NCBI GenBank assembly: GCA_004764695.1
Contig: SMSO01000014.1
Location: forward strand, 1,049,648 to 1,113,647
Reading direction: 5' to 3'
Source: Schizochytrium sp. TIO01
Taxonomy: Eukaryota; Protista; Bigyra: Labyrinthulomycetes
DNA length: 64,000 nt
A program made the position numbers and the translations under genes. The notes under the pieces are model-generated. The model worked only from the letters and a program-made list of their open reading frames with translations, searched no databases and was not told where the DNA came from. This document shows, piece after piece, positions 42,783 to 55,500 of this stretch (positions are counted from its first letter, which is position 1; each line of letters begins with the position of its first letter).

Positions 42783-45700
42783 ATGAGCCGTCCAGTGGAA
42801 GGAAACGACCATCATGATGACCAAGACTTCAGTGAGTACGGCGAATACAATAATAATCATGAAATCTCGAGCAGGGACCACGATGCTCGAAATTATCACT
42901 ACACTAAGAACTTTGAGGACAGCGAGAATGCCAGAAAAGAAGATGAGGAGGAATACGAAGATAGCGAAGGAGGTGCCTCAAGCAGTCAGGGTTTCGGGAT
43001 GCTTGAGGAGGTGCCGGGCGAGCACCATGAACGATACCACGGAAGACGCTTCAGTGAAGAAAGCAATGTATCGTGGAATTCTGGATATGGTAGTGAAGAA
43101 AACGATAGCCTTGTGAATTCCTCTCCTCATAATTCACGAATGAGAGGAAACCACTTCAGTGAAGACGAAGAGGACTTTGAATCGAGTAGTGAGGACGATG
43201 TTCCTGATTTAATTGATAGTGAAGCAGGCTCGGTTATCCATGAAACACGCGACCCACAGTTTGCGACATTCCCGGCGCGGCTTGACTCTGGCCATCTTGA
43301 AGACGAAGAGATGGCGACACAATCCCAAGGACCAGAGACACCAAAACGCAGTCGGGGTTGGTCTGCTTCCTCTCTTTTTAGAAAACTACCCAGTACACCC
43401 TTAAGTAGACGCTCCAAAGCTGGTACACCAAAGCAAATCAACGATGTGAATGATAAAGCCCCTGAGTCACGATCATCGCTCCGGCTTCCTCGGACACCGC
43501 ACTCTCTTTTTAAAAAGCGACATACATCCGCAAATACTGCTAATACAGCCACGGAAACGAAAGAGGATACAGCATCAAGGTCGATTCGAAAACGAGCATT
43601 TTCTGCATCTAGCTTGTCAAGCTTTGTCTCAAGTCCTATGTCATTATTGCGTAAGCGCTCTTCAGGCACTCCACGAAGCGACACATCGAAAGATGAAGAA
43701 TCAAAAAAAACTTCAGAAGCAAACGGGACCCCTCGCCGACGCAGATTTTGGTCTAGTTCAAGTTTAGAAAGCAACGAAGCAACATTTAAGACCCCCACGG
43801 AAGAAAAGCAAGAAGTACTCAGTGAAACAGATAGCACCAAAGAAGAAAAACGCCAACACCGCGAATCCAAGTTTGGTCGGTTACGAAGTGTCATGAAATC
43901 AAGCGCACATCGTCTCGCCCACTTCGGTCGATCCGAAAAATCATCAAAACAGAATAAAACAAAGTCTTTCCTCCTTGGAAGACACCTCAAAAGCTCCATC
44001 TCCAAGCAGGCCATCGGCCAGTCTCTCAGGTAGCGAAAATGATGACGAAAGTGATTCTGACCACGAGTCAGGAAGCGAAGGAAGCGATGATGTCTCAGAC
44101 TATGAATGCGATAGGATTTGCCTCACAGCCTTTTATCTCCAACATCGCCCAGAAAACGCTGACAAGGTACCCTACTTTCTTGAAAAGTATGAAGATGATA
44201 TTGACAGCCTGTTTGACACTGTAGAAAAAAGATACAATGCACAAGTCCCAACATACCGCGATGCTGTGCAGATCATTAAAAATTATGAAAGTGAACACCG
44301 ATTTAATGCTGCAGGTGATGACGGAGAACATGAATCAGAACCACCAATTCCACCCAAACCTCAAGGGTATTCGCCTCGCTCACCTGACAAGAGTTCACCT
44401 CTTACAATCGACACCACAACCTTTGAAGATTCACCTGTGGGCGAACCTTTTGGAACAGTTTCACGCATATGGGTTACGTCCAAACCCACACCTGTGATTG
44501 GATTTTCCTATCTGGAACATAATCGCGCAATTCTATTGCACCTTGACGAGAAGGTTATTCGATCACGCTCTGCCGATAGCATTTTAAAGAGTTTGCGGCG
44601 TATACATGGCTCATATCTTCATGGATCTTATGCCTCGCTCCTTCGAAGTATTCAAAACCTGCAATTGCACCTTGGTGTACCAAATGTAGACAATGATCCG
44701 ATCTTGGATCCGCAGGCATCCCCGCAGCCTCAATCTGATGAGCATATGATACCTCTAAGACCTGAGGTTGATACGTCTTATATGCCTGATCAATTCAGAC
44801 ACGACCTAGATGCGGATCAGGGCTCTGAAAACACGAGGAGCAGTATATACAATGGAGACGAGGAAAATCAAGAGAACTCAGATGCATGCAATCCCATTGA
44901 TGAAGATGATGATGAAATCTATAAGAGTGGCGATGACCAAGTAAGAATGGAAACGGAGAAGGAGGAAGATGACGATTACTCAGAGGATAGAGACTCTAGC
45001 AATAGTGAGGACACAGATACGGAAGACACCCTTGTGGAGACACAGAGTAACGAGCAATTTCATGTCAAGGCACTTGTGAATCAGAAGGAAGAAAGAATAA
45101 CTGCAATTGAACGTGAAGAAGCTGAGAATGCTCCAGATTGGATGTGGGAGGGTCGCGAATTTCCCGACGAGAAATCCAGTCAGCATGATCAAGCCAACTG
45201 TGATCAGAACAAGGATGACTCTGAGGCTGAAGATGCTAGTTCGGAGGGGAGCTGGGACCGGGACACAGAGACAGCTGACGAATCCTCAGCACCAGCTACG
45301 TCTCCTCGAGCAAATGCGCCAGATCTTACAAAAGGAGGAAATGTGCTGGTAGATCGGGTTCCAGATAAAGTCGATGGGAAACAAAGTGATGAGGACGATG
45401 ATTATTTTGATGACGACGACCATAGTACAGAGTCGAGTGTTGTGGACAACGAATCTTCTGTCGGTAACAATGACAAACGCGAGCCCCCGCAAGTTCCATC
45501 GCGATCAGAAATTACATTTGACATTCAGGAAGATGGCACCAGCTTTCGAGACCGTGCAGATGCAGAGCCGCTTCGACAGTGGAAGAAACGCATACACTTG
45601 GTTGACAATGTAATCTTTGAGATCGTTGATTCTGAAAGAAAATACTACAATGACCTTGACACAATCAATGATTTTGTGATATTACCCATGCTGGAACAGC

Positions 45701-47352
45701 ATCAAAAACGAAAACTTCGCTTCACTGAAAAGGGCGCAGACAAATTGTTGACTTTTCTTAGGCTTTGGTCAAAACTCACTCGCTTCCACGAAGGCCTAAA
45801 CGAAAGGTTATGGCGTAGGTGCGTCGACGAATCCTCCAATAGAAATGGTGTGCCTCTAAAGGTTTCCTGGGAGGAGCAACAACAACCAATGTATAGTGCA
45901 CTTGAGGAAATGTACTCGATCCGTGAAGCTTGTCATCTGTATGATGATTATTGCTTACTCTACGCTACCTCAGTTGCGTGTTATGCTAAGGAGCTTCAGA
46001 ATAACCAGGGTCTTTTGTTGTTTTTGCGAAACAATTGTGAGGGTGCACTGCGGGGGCAGACCTTGGAAAGCTTTTTTATCAAACCAGTACAGAGGTTTTG
46101 CAAATACCCACTTCTCTTGCAGACGTTGGCAAAACATCAAGCATCCTTTACTCCTCGACAGCGGATGGCAAACGATATGATAAGCCGTACAGTCAAAGAA
46201 ATGGAAGGATGGGTAGAACAGATCAATATCCATAAAGCTCAAGCAGAGCAGCTTTCTGCAATGGCATCATTGTCCAATCGATTACGCTTTGGACAGGATG
46301 AATCATCTGTATCTCTAACTGAGTCGCATCGCGTGCTTCTTCAAGCTGACACTATTAGTATTATCCGCGATGGCCAAGGGGAGCCAGAGGAGCGATTTGC
46401 CATCTTATACAATGATGTTCTTCTCACTACTGTGGTACGCAAATCTTGGTTAAACCCACTTATGAAGGTGTATGATGTCATGGGTGTTCTTCCTCTTCGT
46501 TATGCTGATATAGCCCATTTCAACTCAACTCCGAATCCAGCAAAACTTAACGCTTATGACTGTGCGCGACTTGAGTGCGATGAATGGGAAGGCATTCAGG
46601 TTCTAGACCTTGGTTTCCCAAACCCAACAGTGGCTAAGTTATGGAAAGCGAGCCTAGAGGAGGCGTTATCGTTCGCTAGTAATGAGCTCAACCAACATCG
46701 CGATGATAATCTTCTATCTCAAATAGCCAAAAAGATTAACAACAAGAGACATCAATCGACGGTAGTAAGAAATCTTCTTGAAAAGAAAAGTCGGGTATCA
46801 AGGACTTTTGGTAGACTCCATGAAACCAGTGCAGTGGCGATCCAGAAAACCTTTCGTGGACTGATTGGTCGCCGGCGGGCTACAGAAAAGAAGAGCGAAA
46901 TCACGAAGGAAATTAGTGCCGCGTTGATCATCCAACGAGCATTTAAGCGATTCAAGAAAAGGCTTTACTGGAAGAAGCAGCAACATTTGGAGCTCGCCCG
47001 TAAGGACCGCATCGCTGCTGCTTCGGAAAAGGCACGCGCGCCAAATTCTCCAGATTATTCTGACAATGAAGAAGATACTACACTTCACCATATCTCTAGC
47101 CACCAGGAAGATGAAGAAAATGAAGGAGAGGATCAGGATCCGTATGCAGATTGGGATGACACAGATTCAGAAAATTATTCTCAGAACCGGTATCGACCCT
47201 CCCAACTACAACAAGCAGCAACCCGTCGTCCTCCTCAGAATCACATCGTTGATGACACAGATGGAGAGCGCAGTCTTTCAGACTTTGATGCGTTCGATGA
47301 AGCTGTTGGAGTTCACTTTAATGATGATGATGAAGATGAAGAAGCTGTCTAA
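42783..47352 (+). CDS. RhoGEF (DH-PH) with IQ motifs; N-terminal part 42783-44033 in a different frame, probably one gene split by a +1 frameshift
   Basis: DH: VIFEIVDSERKYYNDL..LESFFIKPVQRFCKYPLLLQTL. PH: RVLL..ERFAILYNDVLL..AKLWKASLEEAL. IQ: AIQKTFRGLIGRR and IIQRAFKRFKKR. The downstream ORF starts only at TTG, and the two frames are both open over 43897-44030. Confidence 0.82.
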
Positions 47353-48029
47353 TAGTGATGACTTTTCGATTCCTATTACCAATGTATTACCCTTCTTGCA
47401 AATAATAAAGAAACCTTCATTTTTACAGAATTTCTGCCAAAGAAACCTCGTTTGTAATTCTCATGGATCCATGGTTCACAATTTGCTGGGCAAAACGCTC
47501 ATTCTGTACTTTACAGCGACAATCATGTCAACAGCAACGAATACTCTCTGTCTATTTTTACAGAGTAATTAGCACGTTGGTCATGTCGTTGCACAAATCA
47601 ATGGAAGATCTCCCCTACACAGGACTACGTCGACTCAGTTGATCTATAAACAGGCAAGATAATGATTTGGAGTGTGCATCTCTCTGGTGCGCCATGTTAC
47701 CTTGAACGAATCGAATCAGGAGATTTATTATTCGCGACCTATTCAAGTTATATATGTTTTAATTTCTTTATTAACTTTTTAATTCTGAAAGCCTAAAGAG
47801 AAAAAAATCGGCCTTTGTCAAAGAAGCAACAACTTTTTAATTATATCAACAAGTCGTCCATCACCTCTTTGGCTGATAAAGCCGCTTCCTGCGCGCATCT
47901 CAGAGGGTTCGCAGATTGTGCAACCCTTCTCAGTGGAGCTTTCCCTTGTGTTTGCTAGGCTTGCACACTTAGCGCGCAGAGCCCATCACCCCAACAGCTC
48001 GTTAACTTGAAGCCTCTTTTGGCGCCATC

Positions 48030-48728
48030 ATGGAGAAGCCGAGCCACACGCTGTACTTGCGCGGCCTTGAGGAGAAGGTACACCCGGACCGCATCAAGCT
48101 CATGCTGTACACTGCTTTCTCTCGTTACGGTACAATTTTAGACATTGTATGTTCGAGGCGAAACAAGCTGCGAGGCCAGGCCTGGGTGGTCTTCAAGGAG
48201 GTTTTGCAAGCGACCGAAGCTAAAAAGGCCATGCAAGGCGTGACCATGTACGGAAAGGAGGTCAAAATCGAGTATGCTAAGGCAAAGTCTGACGTCATTG
48301 CTCGCGTTGATGGGTCTTTTAAGCCAAGGCCCAAGCGCAAGCCTGAAGACGGCCTAGCACAGGGCCCGAAAAGGCCTGAACGTGAAAGTGGAAACGCTAG
48401 CGACAATGATGATGATGATGATATGGACACTAGCGAACAAAACAACAACCCTGCGGCACAAGCTTCGATGGGAGCTCCTGTTGAGGAGCTAGCCCCGCCG
48501 CACAAAATGCTTCTTATTCAGAATTTGCCGGCTGAGGCTTCCAAGGAGGCTTTGGAAATTCTTTTCAATCAGTACCCAGGCCTGCGTGAGGTACGGCACA
48601 TTGTGTCTCGCAACGTTGCCTTTGTAGAATTTGATACTGTGGAGCATGCTACCCTGGCTAAGGAAGGCTCACAGGGTTTCAAGCTTGATGCTACCCACGA
48701 AATTAACGCTGTTTATGCCAAACAATAA
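48030..48728 (+). CDS. U1A/U2B'' (SNF-like) spliceosomal two-RRM protein
   Basis: PSHTLYLRGLEEKV..KLRGQAWVVFK..YGKEVKIEYAKAKSDVIA. Second RRM: PPHKMLLIQNLP..LFNQYPGLREVR..VAFVEF..QGFKL..YAK. Confidence 0.95.
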   Translation: MEKPSHTLYLRGLEEKVHPDRIKLMLYTAFSRYGTILDIVCSRRNKLRGQAWVVFKEVLQATEAKKAMQGVTMYGKEVKIEYAKAKSDVIARVDGSFKPRPKRKPEDGLAQGPKRPERESGNASDNDDDDDMDTSEQNNNPAAQASMGAPVEELAPPHKMLLIQNLPAEASKEALEILFNQYPGLREVRHIVSRNVAFVEFDTVEHATLAKEGSQGFKLDATHEINAVYAKQ

Positions 48729-49087
48729 CCAAGATAAGAACGAAACAGAATCTGATTGTTCATCCTACCAAACAATAGATGAATGAAAAAATTGTCCCGA
48801 AAGATCTTCTACTTTAGCTCACTTACCGTCGATCTTTGTTAAACGTCACTCAAGTCATATTTTGACTGCCACCGATTTTATTATGGGGGGGGGGCAGTAG
48901 GCCTATCTGCTCCCAGCCATTTCCACCTCATCTCAAACTCCATTTCCGAGTGCCAATATACCTAATAAAAAACAAAAGCAAAATTGCTGTTCTCCGTTAC
49001 GCTGTGCTGATTATAAAATTGTACAAAAGAAATTGTCACTGCAAGTACCAATCTCGTTGATAGAGTTGATTGATGAATTCAATCCAC

Positions 49088-49840
49088 TTATTGCAATGAA
49101 CTTAAATCAAAGCTCGTCCGTGCCAGCGCGACGAACTGGAGCTGTTTCAGACGCAAAAGGCCAGGTGGCATTTCTACTACTTCATTGTTTCCCCGAAAGT
49201 TAATTGTTTGTAACTCTTTTGACATCTCCTTCCAGGGGAAGTTTTTCACCGATCCGCCTGAAAGGTAGTTGCTAGAAATATCAAAGTCAATGAGTTGACG
49301 AAGCTTTGTGAGAAACTCAGGAAGATGAGTGATTTGGTTATCACTGAGAGACAATTTCTGTAAACGTCGCATTGAGCTTAGTACATTTGGAATTTCTTTG
49401 AGGCGATTTCGATTCATGTACAGCTCCCGCAAGGTAGTCAGTTTTTCAGCATTTTGTGGAAGGTTAACGAATTGATTCCCAGAAAGATTAAGACATTCAA
49501 GTCTTGGTAAATCGCAAACGGCATCCGGTAAAGTTTGAATATTGTTGTTGGCCAAACTCAACGTTCGAAGGCTAAGTAAGCTGCCAATTTTATGGGGCAG
49601 GCTTGCTAGAGCCTGATTGTCGAGCCAAAGCTGCTGAAGTCCAAACCCTGTATCCCTCTTCATTTTAAACTTCTTAAAGACATCTGGAGGTATCATGTGC
49701 AGCTTCCCGTCACTCAAGTCTTTTGTTGCTGTCTCTGAGTTTTCCTCTCTTGCCCTCGACGGTCGTTTATGTTCATAGTATGCCAAATCGAGGCTTCCAT
49801 TTTGCACCTTGCGTCGCTGATCCGGACTGGCCGTCGGCAT
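49088..49840 (-). CDS. Leucine-rich repeat protein (start uncertain)
   Basis: Repeated LxxLxLxxNxL/IxxLP units: LRTLSLANNNIQTLP, LECLNLSGNQFVNLP, LRELYMNRNRLKEIP, LQKLSLSDNQITHLP. Confidence 0.88.
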   Translation of the reverse strand: MPTASPDQRRKVQNGSLDLAYYEHKRPSRAREENSETATKDLSDGKLHMIPPDVFKKFKMKRDTGFGLQQLWLDNQALASLPHKIGSLLSLRTLSLANNNIQTLPDAVCDLPRLECLNLSGNQFVNLPQNAEKLTTLRELYMNRNRLKEIPNVLSSMRRLQKLSLSDNQITHLPEFLTKLRQLIDFDISSNYLSGGSVKNFPWKEMSKELQTINFRGNNEVVEMPPGLLRLKQLQFVALARTSFDLSSLQ

Positions 49841-50997
49841 TCTCTTCCTCCTTTTCAAATACTACGCAGATCTTCTGCCAGATCCTCGCCTCGCTTAGAT
49901 CCTTCTTCACTCCAAGTTCTTTCACATTCTTGCATCCATATATCCATAAATTCACAGATTCACGTGCTCTGCGAACGGACATGTCCTGGCCAAGTTAAGA
50001 GCATCCGTATTACTACCTACAGTAATTGAATCAAAGCGTTCCCTCCGTTCCTAATACCGCCACTACTACTATCACACACCCCTTCTACGACCACATATGA
50101 GGCCTATAGCGTCTACTTAGGCTCTGCTAAGCAAACCTTCACCTACCATATACCTTACAACAAGGCATGGCCTAGCACCTCTCATACATTTGCTAAGAGA
50201 TTACTACAACGATGAACATTGCTCTTTTGAAACGACACTTTAAGAAGTCTTAAAGAAATGAAAGCAGGATGTCCTAGTATTTATTCTAACAGCTATTATA
50301 CTAGGTCGTATAATGTAATTAAGGGGCCCTTAAATTCGTCCTCGCTGCCACAGATGCACAGAGCCACGATCTCTGGCTGTGCTGCCTTCAGTTTTGGGCA
50401 CTATGAGGTAAAAGGTTATAAAGTGAATTAAATTTAATAGTACACTTGTGAAAGTAGAGTATATATAAGACTATAAAGTAGAGCAAATCTGTCGAGGTAA
50501 CCAGTAGTAGCGGCAGTGTTGCTGCTGATGAAGGGTGGAAAAGAGCATGTGGCCAATTGAAGTCATTGCAATGGCATATTCTCTTTCGCTTATCGCTCGG
50601 TGAACTGGTTGCTTATTTGAATGTAGTTATGCATTTACTTTAACTTCAAGCTGCTTCATTCACCATCACAAAATAATAATTTGATGAATGCTGGCACTAT
50701 TGTCATGTTCTATAACTTACTCGTAGGGTCTATAATATTTCACTTGTGCAAGTGAAGTATTGTGCTTGTTTACTGCTCTTTATTTCTTTGTTTTGTTTTA
50801 CTTGGTCCTTATTATTCATTGTTTTCTTCTTTCTCGCATTGCTCAGTTTTTCTGCTTTCCTTTGCTTGCGCTTTCTCTGTTGCGGCAGTCAACTCTGCCG
50901 CTGCCGCAACCTTTCTCGCCCGGACGCGAGACTCGGTCGGCCGCTGCCAGCTACTTTAGCCGTTTTCAGAGCTCGCCCCCGGCCCCTCACAGCCACC

Positions 50998-52098
50998 ATG
51001 TCGGCGTGGAAGGCTTTTCGCAAGCCCATGAGCATCCTGGAGCGCACCGACCGCCTGATGAAGCGCGGTGCCATCCAGCGCAAGGTACGTTGAGGAGCAA
51101 GTCCAGCAAGTCCAGCGAAGGGAGTCAAGGCGTCTAGATTCGCTATGTCTTAGTCAGTCTATTTCGCTTAAATGCTCGAAGCGTTGCAGGTCTTCAGCTC
51201 GCAAGGTTGCGAGTTTCTTCAAGTGTTTGCAATTTTTGCAGTTTCTTGCAATTGTTGGCGGCTCTTAGCGATTCTGATAAACATGTGATGACAACGACTC
51301 CTTTGTTAATGCTTTGGACTCCGCGTGTCCATTTAAATGGTGGAATACAGATAGAAGTCATGGTCTTGGCATGTCATTTTGTATGTGAATGCGAGTGCAT
51401 GCCGTATTCAGACTTTATTGGAACATGGAATGTCTTGGTCTTATGTCTGGACTGAGCAAAGTTTTGAGCAATTGTACAATTTCTGGACCTGATTACTAAC
51501 TAGATGATGGACTTCACACGCGCCGTACATGGGCCTATGCTTTGCTTTGTGCTTAAAATTAACCTTGGTGAAAAATTAATAATGGGATCTGACTTCGGCT
51601 TCGTTTGTTCTGAATATTATGTAATCACAGCCCGTCTGGCTCGATGTCATGAAGGCTGTGCCCCCGATGACCCCTGAGGAGTACGAGCCTGTGCGCAAGC
51701 GCTTTCAGTTCCCTGAGGAGGGTCTCTTGCAGAAATATTACCGCCGCAACCCGCACGCCCTTTCCACCGAGGTGTACGACCCGGCAGACCCGAGCACCCG
51801 CCCTTTGGCCTTTCGTTTCGTTGGACTTCAGCTCAAGTACATGAAGGAGAAGAACCTCTCTGAGAGCGAGGCATACTCCCGTGTGGAGCGTGAGCTCAAG
51901 AAGGATCTCCGCAAGGAGTCAGACCTCGCCGACGCCCTCAACTCTGAGGAGCCCCACAATGCCGACGACGTCAACCTCGGCGCTGCTTCCGATACAAACG
52001 AGCTCGAGGCCATCTCTTTGAGGGAACAGTTCCTTGAGTGGACCGAGGCAGAGGAGCAGTTCTATGAGAGCAGAGCCCAGACCCGAACAAAAGAGTAA
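50998..52098 (+). CDS. MRPS23: Mitochondrial ribosomal protein mS23 (MRPS23/RSM25 family), two exons 50998-51084 and 51631-52098
   Basis: gccaccATG start, GTACGT donor at 51085 and CAG acceptor at 51630. Spliced product MSAWKAFRKPMSILERTDRLMKRGAIQRK|PVWLDVMKAVPP..FQFPEEGLLQKYYRRNP..RFVGLQLKYM..LSESEAY fits the mS23 pattern. Strong codon bias. Confidence 0.82.
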
Positions 52099-52149
52099 TT
52101 ACTGTCAAAAATGATCTGATTCCCGCAATTAAATACTTTCTCACACAAC

Positions 52150-52195
52150 AACCAACCGATCAACCAACCAATCAACCAACCAAGTATCCAACCAA
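52150..52195. repeat. Imperfect (CCAA)n microsatellite
   Basis: aaccaaccgatcaaccaaccaatcaaccaaccaag. Confidence 0.8.
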
Positions 52196-52508
52196 CAGCA
52201 ACACCGTTTGCTACTTGCTTGCCTGCTCTTTATGCTTATCTTGACTCTTGTTCTTTGTCGATTGCTTGCTTTTCGTCAATCAAGTAAATCATTAAAAGAT
52301 TGCGCCTTTCTGCCTTTTAGAAGGAAACATGCCATGTGTATCAAACCATTGATTGGTCAAGCATGACACATTTCATTTTAAATAACGCGAACACAAAAAT
52401 CCAACCTCAAGTCCAGACAAAGGATACACTTGCAGCTATCAAGATTCACAAACAAGAAATATCGACCATATTTCATTAAAGACAAACATGTACTTGATAT
52501 CATATAAA

Positions 52509-55500
52509 TTAGACCATTACAGAGGCTCGATTCGTTGACGTCGAATCTTTCGGCTTCGCGCTCCGATGGGTGCGGCGACGCTGCTGGGAATTCGAGGATG
52601 TGGTGCCGGATGAAAAGTTTCCATTGTTGTTGTTTTGCTGACTATTCGAGGAGGAACCATTTTGTTTCTTCGAAACGCCTTTAGGCTTTGCGCGCTTGGA
52701 TGCGCCACTACTATTGCTTGCCGAATTTGCTTGACTGCCTTGAGCTCCAGATGCTTTCTTCTGCTGAGTGTTGCCATTGCGCCGAGAACGGTTCCGGTTC
52801 GCCTTGCCGCTGTTTTGGCTATTGTCATTACCAGGGTTATTCTGGCCATGCAAAGAGCGTTCAAAAATGGCATCTTGCTGAATTCCCTCCATAGCAGCAA
52901 GCTCCATGGCTAAACGTTCTGATTCCATTTCAAGGGCTTGCTGATTCTGAATATCAGAAAGTGTTCTATCGCTGTTTCGAGTGCACAAGCCCCAGCTCGA
53001 AACTTGGTGATTTGTCTGATTGCGACCTGAGGCCTTTTCAGCTTGTTGTTCAAGCTGGATACTATTTAAATCTAAAGATTTCTGCATTGCCTGTAGAACA
53101 GCACCTGAAGATGAAGATGAAGATGGTGGCGGCTTCGACGCCTTCTTTGAGCTTTGAGCCCATGGTGCCCTATTATTTGGTTTTGTTTTGGGCTTCATGT
53201 AGTCACTTAAAGACACACCTCGGCGAGCGCTCTGGCCAGTCTCTAAGGGAGAAGATGAGAGCAACGAAGAGGTTGACATTGAGCTAGATGACGGCGGGAG
53301 GGTTGTAGATTGAATCAGTGGCGAAGCCGGAACCGAAGAACCAACAGCACTGACACTCCCTGAGCGATGCCGAGATTGTAGAGGCGAAAGATAGGTAGAC
53401 TCGGGTCCAGTCTTTGGTGAATCCATTAGTGACATTGCCGGGACCGTACCACCCGTAACTTGCTGTGCCCACATGCGCTGTGGTGTCGATGGCAACAATC
53501 CAGCGTTGCGTTGGTAGCGCAAACGTTGCTCGTGAAATAGCTTGCGGGTTTCTTCCTCTTGCTGAATATCACGCAAATTAAGAGCAGACTGGCGCGGGGT
53601 AGAAACCTCTTGCGGAGCCACCTGCGGGCTATACCAAGGTCGAGCTCCATTGGTTTGCTGCTGCTTACAACCCGACCTAGGTTCAGTATTCTCACAATCT
53701 CTACCACGTGTTGGGGTCCCATGGGTACGCGTTTTTTCTTCTTGCATTTGGATTTTCTCCAACTCTTGCTGTCTGGCTTGAGCGCGTCGATGTTTCTTTC
53801 CAGCAACATGATGAATCATGCCGTCTTCGTTATTAACATGAACGTTGCAAGTGCGGCACCATAACGGGTCTGGTCCATTTCCAGACTTTGAATGCGTCAT
53901 CAAACTGTCCTGTGCTCGAAGATTCAACTCATTCTCGATCAAATTTCGAAGTCTCGTTATTTCACCCTTTTGTTCCTCGAGAGAACGTGATCGACGAGCT
54001 TGATTGCGATGCCTGTCAGGTGTGGATGCCATGATCTTCAGTTGCATGTCAGACACTCCAGCAAGTTGCTTTTCAAGTGCATCAAGGCGCTTGCGAAGAC
54101 GTGGAACTGACATAGAGGTCAACTCGGCTTCTTCGTTGCGCGGTTGCATAAGTGGTGACCCAAATTTTCCAGAGTCTGATGCAATACTTCCAAAGTCGCT
54201 TGCTACAGAGAAAATACTAACTACACTTCCAGAGCGAAGTCGTGCAGTGTCTACAATTGGCATTATAGGAGGGGATGCTAGCCCTATCGATGGATCCTCT
54301 TGACCCTCCAGAGGATCATGGAGGAATTCCTGAAGGTCAAAAAGTGGGACGTCACACAGGGCAGCAATGCGTTCTATCGTACTACTACTATTGACTGCAA
54401 GTACCGCATCAAGGTTTAATGAGACAAATTGCTTGCAAAAGTCTGCCAATGCAACAGCAAAACATCGATCTGCAAACTCCCAGAACTGCACGACGTTCCA
54501 AAGGTCGATGTTTTGAGAAATCGTGTCTTCACAAGCAAGCTGAAGACTCATAGGTTCTCTTGCAGAAGACTGAGAAACTGTTCCTTCTTCCTCTTCACCA
54601 TCTACACTATCTAGTTCTTCGTCTTCATCAAGAAGGCTTTCCCTGTCTGTTTCTGAGTGGTTGTCATGGGCATCCTCTTCTTCGGTTGAGGCCGTCTCAA
54701 TCTGAGGTTGTTGGAGGTCTGATTGAAGTTCTTGCGGGGCTTCGGACTCATTCGACTCACTCACAGTGTCTGCCTCGATCTCCGATTCAGCACGCCAGCT
54801 GACGACTTCTGCGAGTGTCAGAGGAGAAAACGATGGTTTTGAGGTTTGTAAAAGTGCAACTGTGTGAGAATCAGCAGCAGACACTGCAGAAACACCTCGA
54901 AGAGAATCAACTCGCGTAGGTGTTGGCTGATACTTTTCTGAAGTACCTAATGCTCCACGCTCTCCATCACCCCATGTATACAAATTGCCATGAGTATCGA
55001 CAGCACAGGTGTGGTGGCGAGAACATGACACAGAGACAATATTGTGTTTTCGCAAAGCTGTGACACGACGGGGTTTCACGGTGTGAGCACTTTCACTGTC
55101 CCTATTGCAGCCCTTGCCAGCATGACCCAACAGGTTTGCATATGTTCCCCAGGTAAAAAGCATACCATCCCGGCTCACTGCAGCAGCATGGTTTGGCCCA
55201 CAAGCAATAAAGCTGATTCGGACAGAGCTTTCACCTCCGCGACCACCGTAGGCCCAGTCTGCAGTTGCTTCTTCTTCTTCTTCCCCTTCTGCTTCGTTAC
55301 GTACACGAATGCGGATTTTGCTAGGTGCATGTAGTCCTAATCCAATCTGCATTACATCCCCTTGCTTGCTCAAAAGGTATGTAACACCTTCTGCTGCACA
55401 TGCCTGATCAATTGCAGTTCGCGAAACACTGGTGATAATGCGTGGAGTTGAAACTCTGACGCCATCACGCTGACCAGCCTGGCATTTGTCATTGTTACCC

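Noticed and set aside
43127-44014. 295-aa minus-strand ORF
   Set aside because: Antisense shadow of the S/R/K-rich RhoGEF N-terminus, with no motifs.
49773-49982. 69-aa ORF overlapping the LRR gene start in another frame
   Set aside because: Could be the true N-terminus (frameshift or intron) or a chance ORF. Cannot be resolved without reads, so it was not called.
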